64,000 nucleotides of DNA from Octopus sinensis (lineage: Eukaryota). The position numbers and the translations under genes were made by a program. The DNA is taken from contig NC_042997.1 in NCBI RefSeq assembly GCF_006345805.1, forward strand, positions 115,072,001 through 115,136,000, written 5' to 3'. This document shows, piece by piece, positions 49,499-61,764 of this stretch. The first letter of the stretch is position 1. Each line of letters opens with the position of its first letter. The notes below the pieces were generated by a model. It was not told where the DNA came from. It searched no databases and was given only the letters and a program-made list of their open reading frames with translations.

Positions 49499-50644
49499 CA
49501 CTAGGCCATGAACCTTTATTCACTGATCCACGAATAAAATGAATTACTACTGTAAGATGGTAAAGTCCCAACTCTGAATATCTAATGAGATGAAATTTTC
49601 AAAATGAAATATACCAAAAATGGCTCCCCAGCTGAAAGACTGATGTCACTCATCAACACACACCAACCTCTAGTTCCCAGTCATGTTGTCTGGCTGGTTT
49701 CCTTTCACCTCCATTCACAGACTTTCAGTTTCTTCGTCTCCCCTACATCGTCACCTGTATTGTGTCCACCCATCCAGGCCTTTCACCATCCAGCATGTCA
49801 GGTCTTGCCTGTTGAGAACATCAGGTTAGGTCTGACTTCTTGTGGCAGTCATCATCATCAACATCATCATCGTTTAACGTCCGTGTTCCATGCTGGCATG
49901 GGATGGACGATTTGACTGAGGACTTGCAAACCAGATGGCTGCACCAGGCTCCAATCTTGATCTGGCAGAGTTTCTATAGCTGGAATCCCTTCCTAACGCC
50001 AACCACTCCAAGAGTGTAGTGGGTGCTTTTTACGTGCCACCGGCATGAGGGCCAGTCAGGTGGTACTGGCAACGGCCACGCTCAAATGGTGTTTTTTACG
50101 TGCCACCTGCACAGGAGCCAGTCCAGCGGCACTGGCAACGACCTCACTCAAATGTCTTTTCACGTGCCTCCGGCACAAGTGCCAGTAAGGCAACACTGGT
50201 AACGATCTTGCCTCTCAACCAGATTATTTCAGGATCATCCCCTGCTGTGTGGAATTTTGGGCAAATGTCTTCTAATTATAGCCCCAGGCCAACCAAAGCT
50301 GACACACAAATAGCTTCGTTTAGTTTCTGTGTACCATATCCACTCACAGGGCTTTGATATACCTGTGGATATATATATAGTAAGAGGGACTTGCCCAAGA
50401 TGCCACAAAGTGGGGTTGAACCCTAAACCACATGATTGGGAACCAAACTTCTTAACCACAGAACCATGCTGTGTGTCATCATCATCATCATCATCATTTA
50501 GCATCCATTTTTCCCTGCTGGGATGATTGTACCTGTGTATAAAATATGATCTATTAAGATAAGGTTCCTTTTCTTCTTTATAATAATGTCTGTTACCTAG
50601 GTTACACACATTATCAACAATCACTATTCTCCTCTCTTCTACAG

Positions 50645-50748
50645 CGAAATATGCTGATTTCCACAAGTGGTCATGTGACAATTATGCTGAATTCTGGGAA
50701 GAAGTTTGGCATTTTGCAGGTGTCATCCACTCAAAGACCTATGATAAG
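50645..50748 (+). CDS. AACS: Acetoacetyl-CoA synthetase, coding exon 2
   Basis: Polypyrimidine tract plus CAG acceptor, GTAAGT donor, 104 nt: (A)KYADFHKWSCDNYAEFWEEVWHFAGVIHSKTYDK, matching the AACS Y..L..WS......FW...W.F.G motif. Confidence 0.9.
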
Positions 50749-52164
50749 GTAAGTTGTGTATTTGCTCCTGTACACCAGAATCTTAGGATTAACCGGTTAA
50801 TGCATGGACTTTATTGGTTGGTGGATTAACAAAAGCAGTTGAATGTTGGACAAAATGCCTTCCGGTTTTTATTCCAGCTCTTTACATTCTGAGTTCAAAT
50901 CCTACCTAGGTCAGCTTTGTATTTCATCCTTTTGGGGCTTGTTAAAATAAAGTACCAGGGGTTGGTTAAATGATGATGATATGATGATGATGCACTACTG
51001 AAACGGGTGCATATAATGTGCCTGTGCACCACTTATGCACTCAGTTATGGTATTTCCAGTGTTCCTCAACAGTTGAAATGACATTTATTAATTTCAGCGC
51101 TTATATCTAGAATATGGCAAATACCTACAATCTACTTCTAGCATTTAGGCGCTGGCATTCCAGAGTCCTTAATTATAATTATATTTTTATAATTATATAC
51201 TTACAAACTAATTTTACCAATATGGTCACACTTTGTACACTAGCCACTGATATTATCATTTTAATGATTAGTGTTTGCCTGACTGGCCCTCGTGCCAGTG
51301 GCATGTAAAAAGCACCCACTACACTCTTGGAGTGGTTGGCGTTAGGAAGGGCATCCAGCTGTAGAAACTTTGTCAGATCGGATGGGAACCTGGTGCAGCC
51401 TTCTGGCTTGCTAGCCCGCAGTCAAACCATCCAATCCATGCCAGCATGGAAAACAGACATTAAACAACGATGATGATGATGATATATATATTTATATATA
51501 TATATCATCTTGTATGTATGTATATGTTTATGTGTCTGTGTCCCCCTCCCCAACCATCGCTTGGCAACCGATGTTGGTGTGTTTACATCCCCCATAACTT
51601 AACAGCTCAGCAAATAAGTCCCAGGATCGATTTGTTTGACTAAAGGCAGTGCTCCAGCATGGCCACAGTGAAATGACTGAAACAAATAAAAGAATAAAAG
51701 AATAAAACACTTTACAAAAAGTACTGAATATTTTATCTTTTCCTTGTTTCAGTCATTAGACTGTGGCCATGCTTGGGCCCTGACTTGAAGGATTTTTATT
51801 TGAATGAATCGACTTTTATGTGCCACTGGCACAGGTACCAATTTGCATGACACCAGTATCTGCCACAACTGTGATTTTTCTCAGCTTGATGGGTCTTCTT
51901 CTTAAGCACGACATAATGCCAGAGGTCTTGGTTATTGCCCATTGCCTCCATGAGGCCCAACACTCAAAAGGAAATCAGTCACTTTGCCTCTGTGAGGCCC
52001 AAACCTCCCAAGCAAACTTCCTACCACAGAGCTAGGCTTGTGCTGTATTGTGCTTTATTCCAAGAAACTTGGTTGAAGTGACATTGATTGATGTTAAGTC
52101 TTTTTGTCTAACTCTAAATATGTTATTTTGTGTTCTTATTCTTTCACTCATTCTAATTCAACAG

Positions 52165-52282
52165 GTCATTGACAAATGTCTAAAAATTGCAGATATACCT
52201 GAATGGTTTCCTGGATCAGAACTAAACTATGCAGAAAACCTGTTGCGCTTCAATGACAACAGGATAGCAATATATGCAACAA
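52165..52282 (+). CDS. AACS: Acetoacetyl-CoA synthetase, coding exon 3
   Basis: CAG acceptor, GTATGT donor, 118 nt: [39 protein letters not shown]; the [11 protein letters not shown] signature; in frame with exon 2. Exon 4 was not found in the window. Confidence 0.92.
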
Positions 52283-52285
52283 GTA

Positions 52286-52322
<37 letters not shown>

Positions 52323-52510
52323 TGCAATTCATTCATTTTCATGTTTGTTTCTTGATAATCATCTTTTCCAGTCTCTCTTGAAGCACATATTTTTCTGTTT
52401 AGGTGTCACTTCAAGGACTGTGGCAGTGAGGACACTGGCAGTTACACACTCATGTCATCCGTCATCTGTTCTTCTAAAGTAGCATGAGTTAGGTTAATAT
52501 ATAACATCAT

Positions 52511-52808
52511 CTTTTTCAAGCCTAGCCAGACTCATGGGCCCGGTTTCCCAGTTTCTGTAGTGTATGTGTTCCCCCCAGCTGGACGGGACGCCAGTCAATT
52601 GCAGCATTACTCAAGAAACAGGAAGAGAGAGTGAGAGAAAGTTGGGGCGAAAGATTACAACAGGGGTCACCAGCACCCCCTGCCGGAGCCTCGTGGGGCT
52701 TTTAGGTGTTTTTGTTCAATAAACACACACAACGCCCGGTTTGAGAATCGAAACTACGATCCTCCAACCACGAGTCCACTGCCCTAACCACTGGGCCATT
52801 GCGCCTCC
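52511..52808 (-). mobile_element. tRNA-derived SINE (family C), full length
   Basis: Head GGAGGCGCAATGGCCCAGTGGTTAGG; tail ...GGCTAGGCTTGAAAAAG. Confidence 0.85.
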
Positions 52809-52820
52809 ACAGATATATAT

Positions 52821-52893
<73 letters not shown>

Positions 52894-53105
52894 AAAATCA
52901 AAATTGCTGATGTGGCCGATGACGGTACCGCCTGATTGGCATTCATGCCTGTGGAACGTTAAAAGCACATCTGAACGTGGGGTGTAACCAACCCACTTAT
53001 GAGTACCCCCATTCACTGGACAATAAACTTTGCTTGCAAAGACCTATTGAGGCAAGTAAAATCAAATCAAAATCATTGATGTGGCCGATGACAGTTCCGC
53101 CTGAT

Positions 53106-53147
<42 letters not shown>

Positions 53148-53529
53148 GTATATGTACATACTTACATCTATACATACATATTTGCTGGCTGTTTTTCTAC
53201 TCCTGTATTACGAGCATTTAAGAACAATATATGCTCTCGGTAAAACATTTGCTCCAGCAAAGCAAATTAAATAAAATTTGGGATTTTGCGGAGGGTCAAA
53301 ATTGGTAACACAAACAGGACAGTGAAAGCAAACAGGAAGGGCTGCTAAACATAAACGAGGTTGTGGTGGCGAATGCATGAATCAAGCTGGGACAGGAGAC
53401 AAACAAGGACACATCTTCCTTGTAAAATTTTGTTGACTTTTCTTTGAGTCACTTCTTCACTACAGTTTTCACTTCCTCGTGACTGGAATGTTTGCCTCTC
53501 AAACCCTCTTTTGTGGCACCAAAGAGATG

Positions 53530-53791
53530 ATAGTCTGAAGGCACTAAATCTGGTGAATGTGGAGGTAGTGAAGAAGTGGCTCAAAGAATAGTCAACAGAA
53601 TTTTTACAGGGCAGGGATACATGCTCTCATTTGAAGGTGGAACATTGCTATTGAGAGAAACGGTGACTATGTTGAGAAGTAGGGATGTGATCCACAGAGG
53701 ACCAGCTTCATTTTGATGTATGATACATGTTCCTGTGTTGCTAATTATACCTGTCCTAAACAAAATGGCATTACTCTTTGACTCACCCTCG
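53530..53791 (+). mobile_element. Mariner 3' fragment
   Basis: Degraded EVVKKWLKE..EF..G......GDYVEK* C-terminus and right TIR ...CATTACTCTTTGACTCACCCTCG|TA. Confidence 0.75.
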
Positions 53792-54627
53792 TATAATATA
53801 TATATGTGTGTATGTGTGTGTATATATGTATATATGTGTGTGTATATATGTGTGTGTATATGTGTGTGTGTATATTGTGTGTGTATATATGTGTGTATGT
53901 GTGTGTATATGTGTGTGTGTGTTTGTATATATGTGTGTGTCTGTGTGTATATGTTGTGTATGTTTGTGTGAATCATTTTAACTGTTGCTTTCGGTTTCCT
54001 CTATATTAATCTGGTGATTTTTTTTCAAATGTTTAAGAAGATATTTTAATTACAAAAATAATTGACTTACTATCAGTGAACGAACTGATAAAGCACAACA
54101 AGGTGTTATCAAATATTCTGGACGCTAACTTTCAGGCTGACTTTATTACTGATGGGATGGTTGTGACATTAGTGGTACTAGTGATTATAGTAGGCTACAG
54201 TTGGGGTGGTAGTAGTATGGTGGTGGTCATGCTTACAATGTTGTAGTGGTAGTGAAATTAGTGGGGTCATTGTATTGGAGTAGTAGTGACAGAAATAGGG
54301 GTTGTATTATAGTTATGTTTAAGTTAAAACAAGGTTCTTTTATTTGTTTCAGTCATTTGACTGTGGCCATACTGAAGCACTGCCTTTAGTCAAGCAAATT
54401 GACCCCAGGACTTATTCTTTGTAAGCCAGGTACTTATTCTCTCGGCCTCTTTTGCTAAACCACTAAGTTATGGGGACCTAAACACACCAACATCAGTTGT
54501 CAAGCGACAGTGGGGGTTAAACACAGATATATATATAGGGAGAGTTTACGAAAAAAACAAAAGACAAAGACAGATGGTGTACAAAACAAACAGATGTATT
54601 AGTATAACGCTCAGGAATAGAAAAAGT

Positions 54628-54663
54628 CTTTTACGTTTCGAGCCTATGCTCTTCTACAGAAAG
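54628..54663 (-). ncRNA. Minimal hammerhead-like variant
   Basis: CUUU CUGUAGA a GAGC-AUAG-GCUC GAAA CG UA AAAG: 4-bp stem I, 4-bp stem II, palindromic ACGU in place of stem III; A6U core change. It sits in a ~300-bp non-coding repeat-like segment (54535-54830). Confidence 0.55.
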
Positions 54664-54953
54664 GGACACAGAAAAAAACAAGGAGAGAAAAAAATGTGTG
54701 TAATGGCTAACAATCTATCATGGCGACTGACTTCGGACAGAAGGGTCACACACGAGAGGGAAGAAGTAGGGGAGATAACAAAGTAAAGCTGACCCCCAAC
54801 ACAAAGGTGCGTGTGTGTATAAGAGAGTATGTATGTGCGTGTGAAAGAAGGCTGGTGGTCTGGACGTGTGCGTGTATGTATGTGTAGGTGTGAAAATGTG
54901 GGAATGGGTGTGTGGGTTGTGTGTTGTGATGTGATGTGTAATGTTGTATGGTG

Positions 54954-56066
54954 TAGGGTTGGACAAAGTAATGGAAACACCTTAAAATTTCAAACAAATT
55001 TATTTTAATATGGGGTAGGACTGCCTTTGGCAATAATTACAGCTCAAATTCTATGAGGTATGGACTCATACAAAATTTGAATTGTTTCCAAAGGAATTTT
55101 TGTCTATTCTTCAGCTAAAACAGTCTCCAATTCTTGTAGTGATGATAGTGGAGGATATCGAATCCTTACTTGTTTTCTAAAATGCACCATAAATGTTCAA
55201 TAATATTGAAATCTGGGGACTGTGGTGGCCAGATAAGATGTTCAACTTCACTAGAATGTTCCTCGTGTCATTCAGTAACAACTTTAGCTGTATGAATTGG
55301 TGCATTATCATCCTGAAAGATTGTGTTTCACTCCGGAAACAGTTCAGCAACCATAGGATGAATTTCATCAGATAAAATGCTTAAATAGTTTTGACTATTA
55401 ATTCTGCCATGAAGGGAAACCATTGGGCCAGCGGATTTCCAAGATATAACCCCCACCCCTCAGATCATCACAGATCCTCCTCCATATTTAATAGTTGGAA
55501 GAAGGCAGTCTGAGTTAAATGCTTCTTTTGGCTGTCTCCACATGTATTCTCAGCTGGTGGTTGGAAATAAGGTAAAGGATTACTCATCCAAGAAAATAAC
55601 ATTCTTCCACTGCTCTAGGGACCAATTCTGTAGGTTCTCGAGGTGGTCATTAAGCTCTACAATAATTTTGGGAGCTGTACTTTTGTGATCCTTTCTAACA
55701 ATTTGCATAAGAGTTTTGGTTTTCTTCCAAAGTTTCGTTTCGATGAGGTTTTTCCCTCTTTCCCAAAAGCTGTCATTACTTTTGAGACTGTACTTCTTTA
55801 TACACCAAACATTTCAGCTGTTTACGTTATGCTAGCACCTGCCATACGAGCACCAACAATTTGACCTCTTTGAAAGTCTGATAGATCTGTCATTTTAATG
55901 AATTTTAATTACCTTTTTCTGATGATATCTGAAAAGAAACAGCAATTTTTAGCAAAACATATTAAGCAACACTAATAATAAATCAAAAAACATAAAAATA
56001 AACAAGCTTTTGATGGCTTTATAGATATTTCAGAATTGTGATGCTGGGTGTTTCCATTATTTTGTT
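54954..56066 (-). mobile_element. Degenerate Tc1-like (DD34E) transposon
   Basis: TIRs GGACAAAGTAATGGAAACACC / GGTGTTTCCATTATTTTGT; minus-strand remnants LEQWKNVIFLDE, FQDDNAPIH, WPPQSPDFNIIEHLW. Confidence 0.85.
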
Positions 56067-56643
56067 TAAATTCTTTGTTACATTTAAAATTAATTGAAAG
56101 AAACTCAGAGCATCTCAACAAAAATGTAATAAAAAGGTTAGACTATATAATAGAGAAACAATTCTTAACCCTTTTGTTACCAGCCCAGCTGAAACCACAT
56201 CTGGCTCTGTAGCACAAATGTCTTGTTTTCATAAGTTCTGATTTAAAATCCTCCACCAAACCTTAGTCACAATTTATGTTCCTAATACTAGCTTAATGAT
56301 AACCAAGTTATTTTACTAAATTCTTTGTTATATTTAAAATTAATTGAAAGAAATACAGCGCATCTCAACAGAAATACAGTAACGAAAGGGTTAAAATATA
56401 TAATAGAGAAACAATTCTTAACCCTTTTGATACCAACCTGCCTGAAACTGGCTCTGGCTCTGTAGCACAAATGTTTTGTTTTCATCAGTTTTGAATTAAA
56501 ATCTTCCACCAAACCTTAGTCACAATTTATGTTCCTAACACTAGCTTAATGATAACTAAGTTATTTTACTAAATTCTTTGTTATATTTTAAATTAATTGA
56601 AAGAAACACAGAGCATCTCTACAGAAATATGGTACCAAAAGGG
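56066..56643. mobile_element. Tandem piggyBac-like MITEs (TTAA|CCCT...AGGG|TTAA), two complete plus one partial, 253-bp period
   Basis: Copies 56169-56390 and 56422-56643; partial copy 56066-56140; an identical-type spacer (TATAATAGAGAAACAATTC) precedes each complete copy. Confidence 0.78.
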
Positions 56644-57028
56644 TTTAAAAAATACCACTCGGCGTTGCATCTGATATATTAACAATTCTACCAACTCACT
56701 GCCCTTAATAATAATTCTATCTACTATCGGCACAATGCCAGCAATTTTAGAAGGGAGTAAATCAATCACATCAATCCCAGTCCTTGAGTGATACTTTTAT
56801 TTTATCAACCCCCAAAATGATGAAAGGCAAAGTTAATCTGCATGGAATTTAATCTCAGAACATAAAGAGCAAGGAGAAATTCTTCTAAGCAGTTTGTTCA
56901 ATGCACTAACAATTTTATTTAAGCTGGTAGCAATTGTGTGTGGCATTGACAAGCTTCAAGAAAAGTCAAAACATGTCTGTCACTGCAGCAACAATATCTC
57001 ACTCAAATATATATTATTTTCTTACATA

Positions 57029-57357
57029 GGCACAGGAGCAGCTGTGTGGTAAGTAGCGTGCTTACCAACCACATGGTTCCGGTTTCAGTCCCACTGCGTG
57101 GCACTTTGGGCAAGTATCTTCTACTATAGCTTCAGGTCAACCAAAGCCTTGTGAGTGGATTTGGTAGACGGAAACTGAAAGAAGCCCGTCGTATATATGT
57201 ATATATACATATATATGTGTGTGTCTGTGTTTGTCCCCCCAACATTGCTTGACAACCAATGCTGGTGTGTTTATGTCCCCGTAACCTAGCGTTGCTCGAC
57301 TAAAGGCAGTGCTCCAGCATGGCCGCAGTCAAATGACTGAAACAAGTAAAAGAGTAA
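57029..57357 (+). mobile_element. tRNA-derived SINE (family A) with internal deletion
   Basis: Head, core and tail as at 19140-19600. Confidence 0.85.
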
Positions 57358-57534
57358 ATCCACGTAAATTCACTGCATCATGCCTTCTAATAGTATATAT
57401 ACATTTAATATAACACATAAATGGCAATTCTAATTTTGCCTTGATAGTCTTTATAAATTTGGAGGAATTCCTAAGAGTCACAGTTTGTTATTTCTACAGG
57501 CTTAAAAATCTTATTCTTCATTCCCTCTTTTAGA

Positions 57535-57591
<57 letters not shown>

Positions 57592-57618
57592 ACCCTCCCT
57601 CCCTCTCTCTCTCTCACC

Positions 57619-57668
<50 letters not shown>

Positions 57669-57670
57669 AT

Positions 57671-57712
<42 letters not shown>

Positions 57713-58459
57713 ATGTAGAAAAATGCAAACTGGGACAAGAACGTAAAACATTTAGAAGACGATACAAAAAACACGGACGGGACATTAATGTGTGTGTGTA
57801 AAAAGAGAATTCCAGTTGGTTTAAGTCCTTGACCTAATTTTGTTTCCTAGAGAGAATCATCAACCAAATTCTTTCATTCATAACTTCATTGTTCTTCAGA
57901 AAAACAAGAATATTTTTTCAGAAACAGTTTACTCTCTTCTATGTATCCGATTTATTTCTTATATATTATGGGCTTCTTTCAGTTTCCATCTACCATGCCC
58001 ACTCACAAGGCAAGTGGTCAGCCTGAGACTATAGTAGAAAACTCTTACCTAAAATGCTATGCATTGGGACTAAACCCCAAAGCTTCCCAACGGGCCTGGA
58101 AGAAGGGAGTAATGAGACTGATAATGAATGTCAGCAATATGTAGGGCCTCCATCAGTCACCATCTGACTGAAACAGGGAAATGATATTTACATCCTCAAT
58201 GACATGATAACTAGTCCTTCTGCCATTTCAAAAACTAGAAGAATGGAAAAAAAACAAAGACATTTACCTATAAGTGCATGGTGTGGCTGTGTGTTAAGAA
58301 GCTTGCTTCCCAACCACATGGTTCCAGGTTTAGTCCTACTGCATGGTACCTTGGACAAGTGTCTTCTAGTATAGCCTCAGGCCAATTAAAGCCTTGTGAG
58401 TGGATTTGGTAGATGGAAACTGAAAGAAGCCCATCATATATATATATAATTTAAATTAA

Positions 58460-58890
58460 GCAGAAAATGGAGAAAATTTTTGATCAGCAAACAAATTGGC
58501 TACCATCAATTTTTTTCTTTTAATACAAAACTTTATCACTTCTAACAGCCGTTTCTGCTTCCAATGTGCCTCAACACTGCCAACGTAAATTCTGAGAATA
58601 ATATTCGTCATATTCTATTGCACATCCAATCTGGTATATGGAGCTTTATCAGAGTGAAGAGAAAATACATAAAATAAAAGAAAAGAAAACAAGCCTCAAG
58701 AGGAGAAATGAAGGCTTAATATATTTGAATCATTCTATTTTGCAGTGTAACGCTTGAGGCCTTTGAGTAAATGACTAAACTAGAAAATTAATTAATTGGT
58801 GGGGTAATCTTTCTTTAGGGGTAACAGGGTGAATAAATAACAAAAAACATAAAATAAGTACTTTAGAATAACGGGATTCGCCAATAGGTC
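58460..58890 (-). mobile_element. Dispersed non-coding repeat (copy 2 of 22320-22810)
   Basis: Colinear similarity, e.g. TTTAATACAAAACTTTA..ACAGCCGTTTCTGC.TCCAAT and TTTCTTTAGGGGTA. Confidence 0.55.
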
Positions 58891-59728
58891 TAGAAAAAGA
58901 ATAGTACTTAAGATTTCATGAATTACTAATTGATATTTATCCAAATAACATGCCCATAAATTAATTACATTAATATGCTTGCTGATATATTATAAAGACC
59001 AACCACCTGTTGTCAGTAATGGGATTGACCAAAGTCCAGCCATCAATATAGTTGGTCAGTTAAATTTAAAAACCAAAGAGCAAGCTATTAAGACCGTTGT
59101 AGGGGTAGAGGTAAATAAAAAGTAAAAGCATGGAGAAGTAGCATATGTTATAAGTGGCCCAAGGCCACTTGTGACATTATAAATAAACCAACCAGACATG
59201 TAAACAAGCACCATGTGACAGAAGGTACTACAGGTGTGTGTGTGTCTGTTTTCCCCCCACCCCCACCATTGCTTGACAACTGATGTTGGTGTGTTTACGT
59301 CCCCGTAACTTAGCAGTTTGGCAGAAGAGACTGATAGAATAATCACCAGGCTTACAAAGAATGAGTCCAGAGGTTGATTTCTTTGACCAAAAGGCAGTGC
59401 TCCAGCATGGCCACAGTCAAATGACTGAAAGAAGAAAAAGAATAACCTGCCAGATAAAAAAAAAATAAGGGTTGGCAGGTAAATGTTCTTTTTTTATTCT
59501 TCAGGTTTTTGAAAGAAGAGCATCAAGCCTTAACAATGCTGCCGTAGATAAGTCCCCCTCTAACCCATGCTGTCATGAAGAAATGGACGTTAAATGCACA
59601 AACAAAATAAACAAATTTGTTCAGATTGGTAGTGTCAGATCAGCTGCTTTGACATGTTGAATACAAATCATGAATTGACAATATTCCTTCCTCCAAAATG
59701 TCTGACCTTGTGTCTCGTTTAGAAATTA

Positions 59729-60119
59729 CTAGCAGTATTGCCCGGCGTTGCTCGGGTTTGTTTCGACCCTTTAGAATTGGAAGTTTTGAAAAGTAAAAAT
59801 TTTGCTTTATGTAGCTTGTTATTCTCTTTAAGTGAACATTTTTCTGGTTGAAATACACCGAAAAATGGCGACACAGCAGTCAAAAAATCGTTAAAAATAG
59901 GGATTTTCATAGAAAAAAAAGCACCTTTTTGATGTAAATAATTTTTGGTGTTAACATGGTCCGATTTGAATTTTTTTCTTTTACGGAATGAAGAGCAAGC
60001 CTTCTATCATACTCTCAATTTTGGTCAACTCGTGCCGCAGGGTCTCGGCAGAGATAGTGTTAGTTGAAGGCTACCAAACCTGTCATACACAGACAACTTC
60101 AGCTTTATATATAGAGAGA
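59729..60119 (-). mobile_element. Non-autonomous Helitron (family H1), complete
   Basis: Near-identical to 13681-14075; intact CCCGAGCAACGCCGGG hairpin plus CTAG|T. Confidence 0.88.
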
Positions 60120-60938
60120 TTATTTTAAATATTGACAGCTGGCATCACTGATAAGATAATGGACCAACTTTCTGGGTGTTCCACCTCATCAATGTATATT
60201 CTGCTGAATCCTTGACCAAAATATAGAACTCTACTTCAAACTGGTTTCAATCATTGGTCTGTGGCCATACTGGGGCACCACCTTTAGAATTTAGTGGTCA
60301 ATCATATTACCTCCTGGTGCTACTTGCTTAAGTGATCTCTGTTTACCAAACGGCTAAGTTTTTTTTACATAAAGTAAGAACAACATTGGTTTACATCCTC
60401 ACACACACACACATTCTCTCTCTCTCTTCTCTCATGTCTCTCTCTCATCTCTCTCTCTCTTCTCTCTTTCTATTCTCTCTCTTCTCTCTTTCTCTTCTCT
60501 CTTTCTCTTCTCTCTTTCTCTTCTCTCTCTCTCTCTCACCCACTCACTCACTCACAGTATGTGTCAGCTGTACAAGAAAGTAGTCTAGCTGTCAGAACTC
60601 TGGTGATATAGATTTTTTCAATGCTCAGAAAACTTCATAGTTGTAGTTAATAACTTCTGTTACTTGTTATTACCTTACAGAGGCAATAACAAGTGACCGA
60701 GGCCTTTGGGTATATGCCATGCTTGAGAAGACTCATCAAGCCACGTGAAATCGTAGGTTGTGGTCAGTGCTGGTGTCACATAACTGGCACCTGTGCTGGT
60801 GACTTGTAAGAAGCACCTTTTATAGACTCTTGGAGTGGTTGGTGTTAGGAAGGGCAAACAGCCATAGAAACCAACTCAGATCAGACTGGAGCATGATCCA
60901 GCCCTCCAGCTTACCAGTTCCAGTCAAACCATATAACC

Positions 60939-61764
60939 CAGGGGTCACCAAACTACAGCCCATGAGGTCAGTTCATCTGGCTTGCCACCGCACTATACCT
61001 TTTGTGTAAATGCCTGCAATGAGAGTTCATTTACCTCTGGTATGGCATCAGTGTTTGGAACAACTTATATCTGTCAGCGAACATTTTCAAAAACGAAGAA
61101 TGTGAAGTCAGCCAATCGAATGAGGTTGGCTGATGAACATTTGAAAGCAATTCTCTTGGTTGGATGCAGCAATTCCAAACCAAATATTGATATCTTAAAA
61201 GCTAAACACCATTTTCACAAACCTCACAAACCTTTTTTGCTGCTTAGGTTATGAGATTCAGATATGTGCGCACTGGGTGTGATATAACCATCTTTTTGCT
61301 AATGTCGTCTCCTTTGATAACATTTTGGTAAATAAATATGTTGGTTGTCTTTATTTTTTGTGTATTCACTATATTGCATTGACCTTAGGCAAGTGTATTC
61401 TACTATAGCCTCGGGCCGACCATAGCCTTGGGAGAGGATTTGGTAGACGGGAACTGAAAGAAGCCCATTGTATATATGTATATATATATATATGTGTGTG
61501 TGTGTGTATGTTTGTGTGTCTTTATTTGTCACCCCAACATTGCTTGACAACCGATGCTGGTATGTTTACGTCCCTGTAATTTAGCGATTCGGCAAAAGAA
61601 ACCAGTAGAATAAGTACTAGGCTTACAAAGAATAAGTCCTGGGGTCAATTTGCTCGACTAACGGCGATGCTCCAGCATGGCCACAGTCAAATGACTGAAA
61701 CAAGTAAAAGAGAGTAAAGAGTATGTGGCCTTCACTCGTCATGAAAAGAGTTTGGTGACCCCTG
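60939..61764 (+). mobile_element. Non-autonomous hAT (Buster/Charlie-like) element with nested SINE A
   Basis: TIRs CAGGGGTCACCAAACT / AGTTTGGTGACCCCTG; 8-bp TSD remnant ATATAACC / GTCTAACC; hAT dimerization-domain remnant SVFGTTYICQRTFSKTK..KS..RMRLADEHL; SINE A at about 61380-61722. Confidence 0.85.

Noticed and set aside
52398-52482. Possible AACS exon 4 after TTTAG at about 52400
   Set aside because: The translation does not resemble the expected T(F/Y).ELR..V...A..L...GV..GDRV segment and there is no good donor.
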